A stretch of DNA of 64,000 nucleotides from the human T2T-CHM13v2.0 reference genome, Homo sapiens. The notes under the pieces were generated by a model. That model was not told where the DNA came from, searched no databases, and worked only from the letters and a program-made list of their open reading frames with translations. Numbering within the stretch: position 1 is the first letter of the stretch; each line of letters starts with the position of its first letter. This document shows, piece by piece, positions 60,271 to 64,000 of this stretch. The DNA is taken from NCBI RefSeq assembly GCF_009914755.1, contig NC_060941.1. One strand, written 5' to 3'. Made by a program: the position numbers and the translations under genes.

Positions 60271-60431
60271 GGGATTTGGACCTTAGATTATTAGTATTAT
60301 TTTGAGGGCCTCCTGTGTGTAAGCACTGGTTGTGCGCAGATGGCTGTGCAGAGGGCCATGAGGTAGAGGCTGGGGAAATGAGGGCTTGGAGGTGCTTGAG
60401 GTATGGTCTTTACCTACGTGAAATGTTGGAG
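60050..60431 (+). ncRNA. SNHG30: Probable first exon of a lncRNA (SNHG30/LINC02001, host of SNORD7, which would lie beyond the window)
   Basis: Consensus donor GAG|GTAAGT at 60431/60432 downstream of the CpG promoter; no credible ORF; name from recalled gene order. Confidence 0.5.
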
Positions 60432-60764
60432 GTAAGTCGGATTTATAACTTGTGTTGATGCTTTTATAATCTAGGAGCTTAGGGTTTAGTAGGAAGAGTC
60501 GCTCATTCAATGAATTAAACGCTCATTCCTATGTACTAGGCACCATTCCGAGTGCAGTGGCTACAAAGACTAGTAGAACATAGTCCTGGTTCTTTAGGAA
60601 CTCTGTGATTGGGCAAGTGGGAGAGAGGGCGGAAAACGTGAACTGGTGAGTAGTTGGCGTGTGATGCGTGCCGTAGTGGAAGAAAGTGCTGTGAGAGTTA
60701 GAAGAGGGGGATGATTGAAGGAATTAAGGACATTTAACAGAAAGTGATATTTGAGTAAAGTTTA

Positions 60765-63876
<3,112 letters not shown>

Positions 63877-64000
63877 TCACAAATTGATTTTTCAGATTGT
63901 GAATTACCCATGCTTTGCCCTGCTTTATCTTCCATGTCCTTCCTCATTAGTAAATCTAAAGGTAGTACCCTAGAGAAAAATGAAATTGAACCTTTTATTT

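Overview
Human (primate) genomic DNA from the Schlafen cluster, recognised as 17q12 from gene content. The only intact multi-exon coding gene is SLFN14 (minus strand). Its four coding exons (49981-48922, 46623-46495, 45363-44649, 40992-40158) splice with GT-AG boundaries into 2739 nt = 912 aa, and there are two probable 5' non-coding exons. Also present: a dead SLFN11/13-like exon (14231-14921) with intact splice sites, a minus-strand first exon and promoter near 29.5-29.8 kb carrying paired ISRE/GAS elements (probably the 5' end of SLFN12L), TOMM20 and RPL39 processed pseudogenes, an L1-retroposed HERV-W env/LTR17 copy in the last SLFN14 intron, a near full-length L1PA, dozens of Alus, other LTR/DNA elements, and a CpG-island promoter at about 60 kb (probably the lncRNA SNHG30/LINC02001). 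I cannot demonstrate a wholly new system from sequence alone. The best leads are: (i) SLFN14 exon 3 is 1104 nt, is flanked by inverted Alus, and would form a stop-free circular ORF of the RNase domain if back-spliced; (ii) a dead SLFN helicase exon appears reused behind an interferon-type promoter; (iii) an antisense HERV-W U3 promoter sits next to a SLFN14 splice donor. Repeat subfamily names and reference comparisons are from memory, not from searches.
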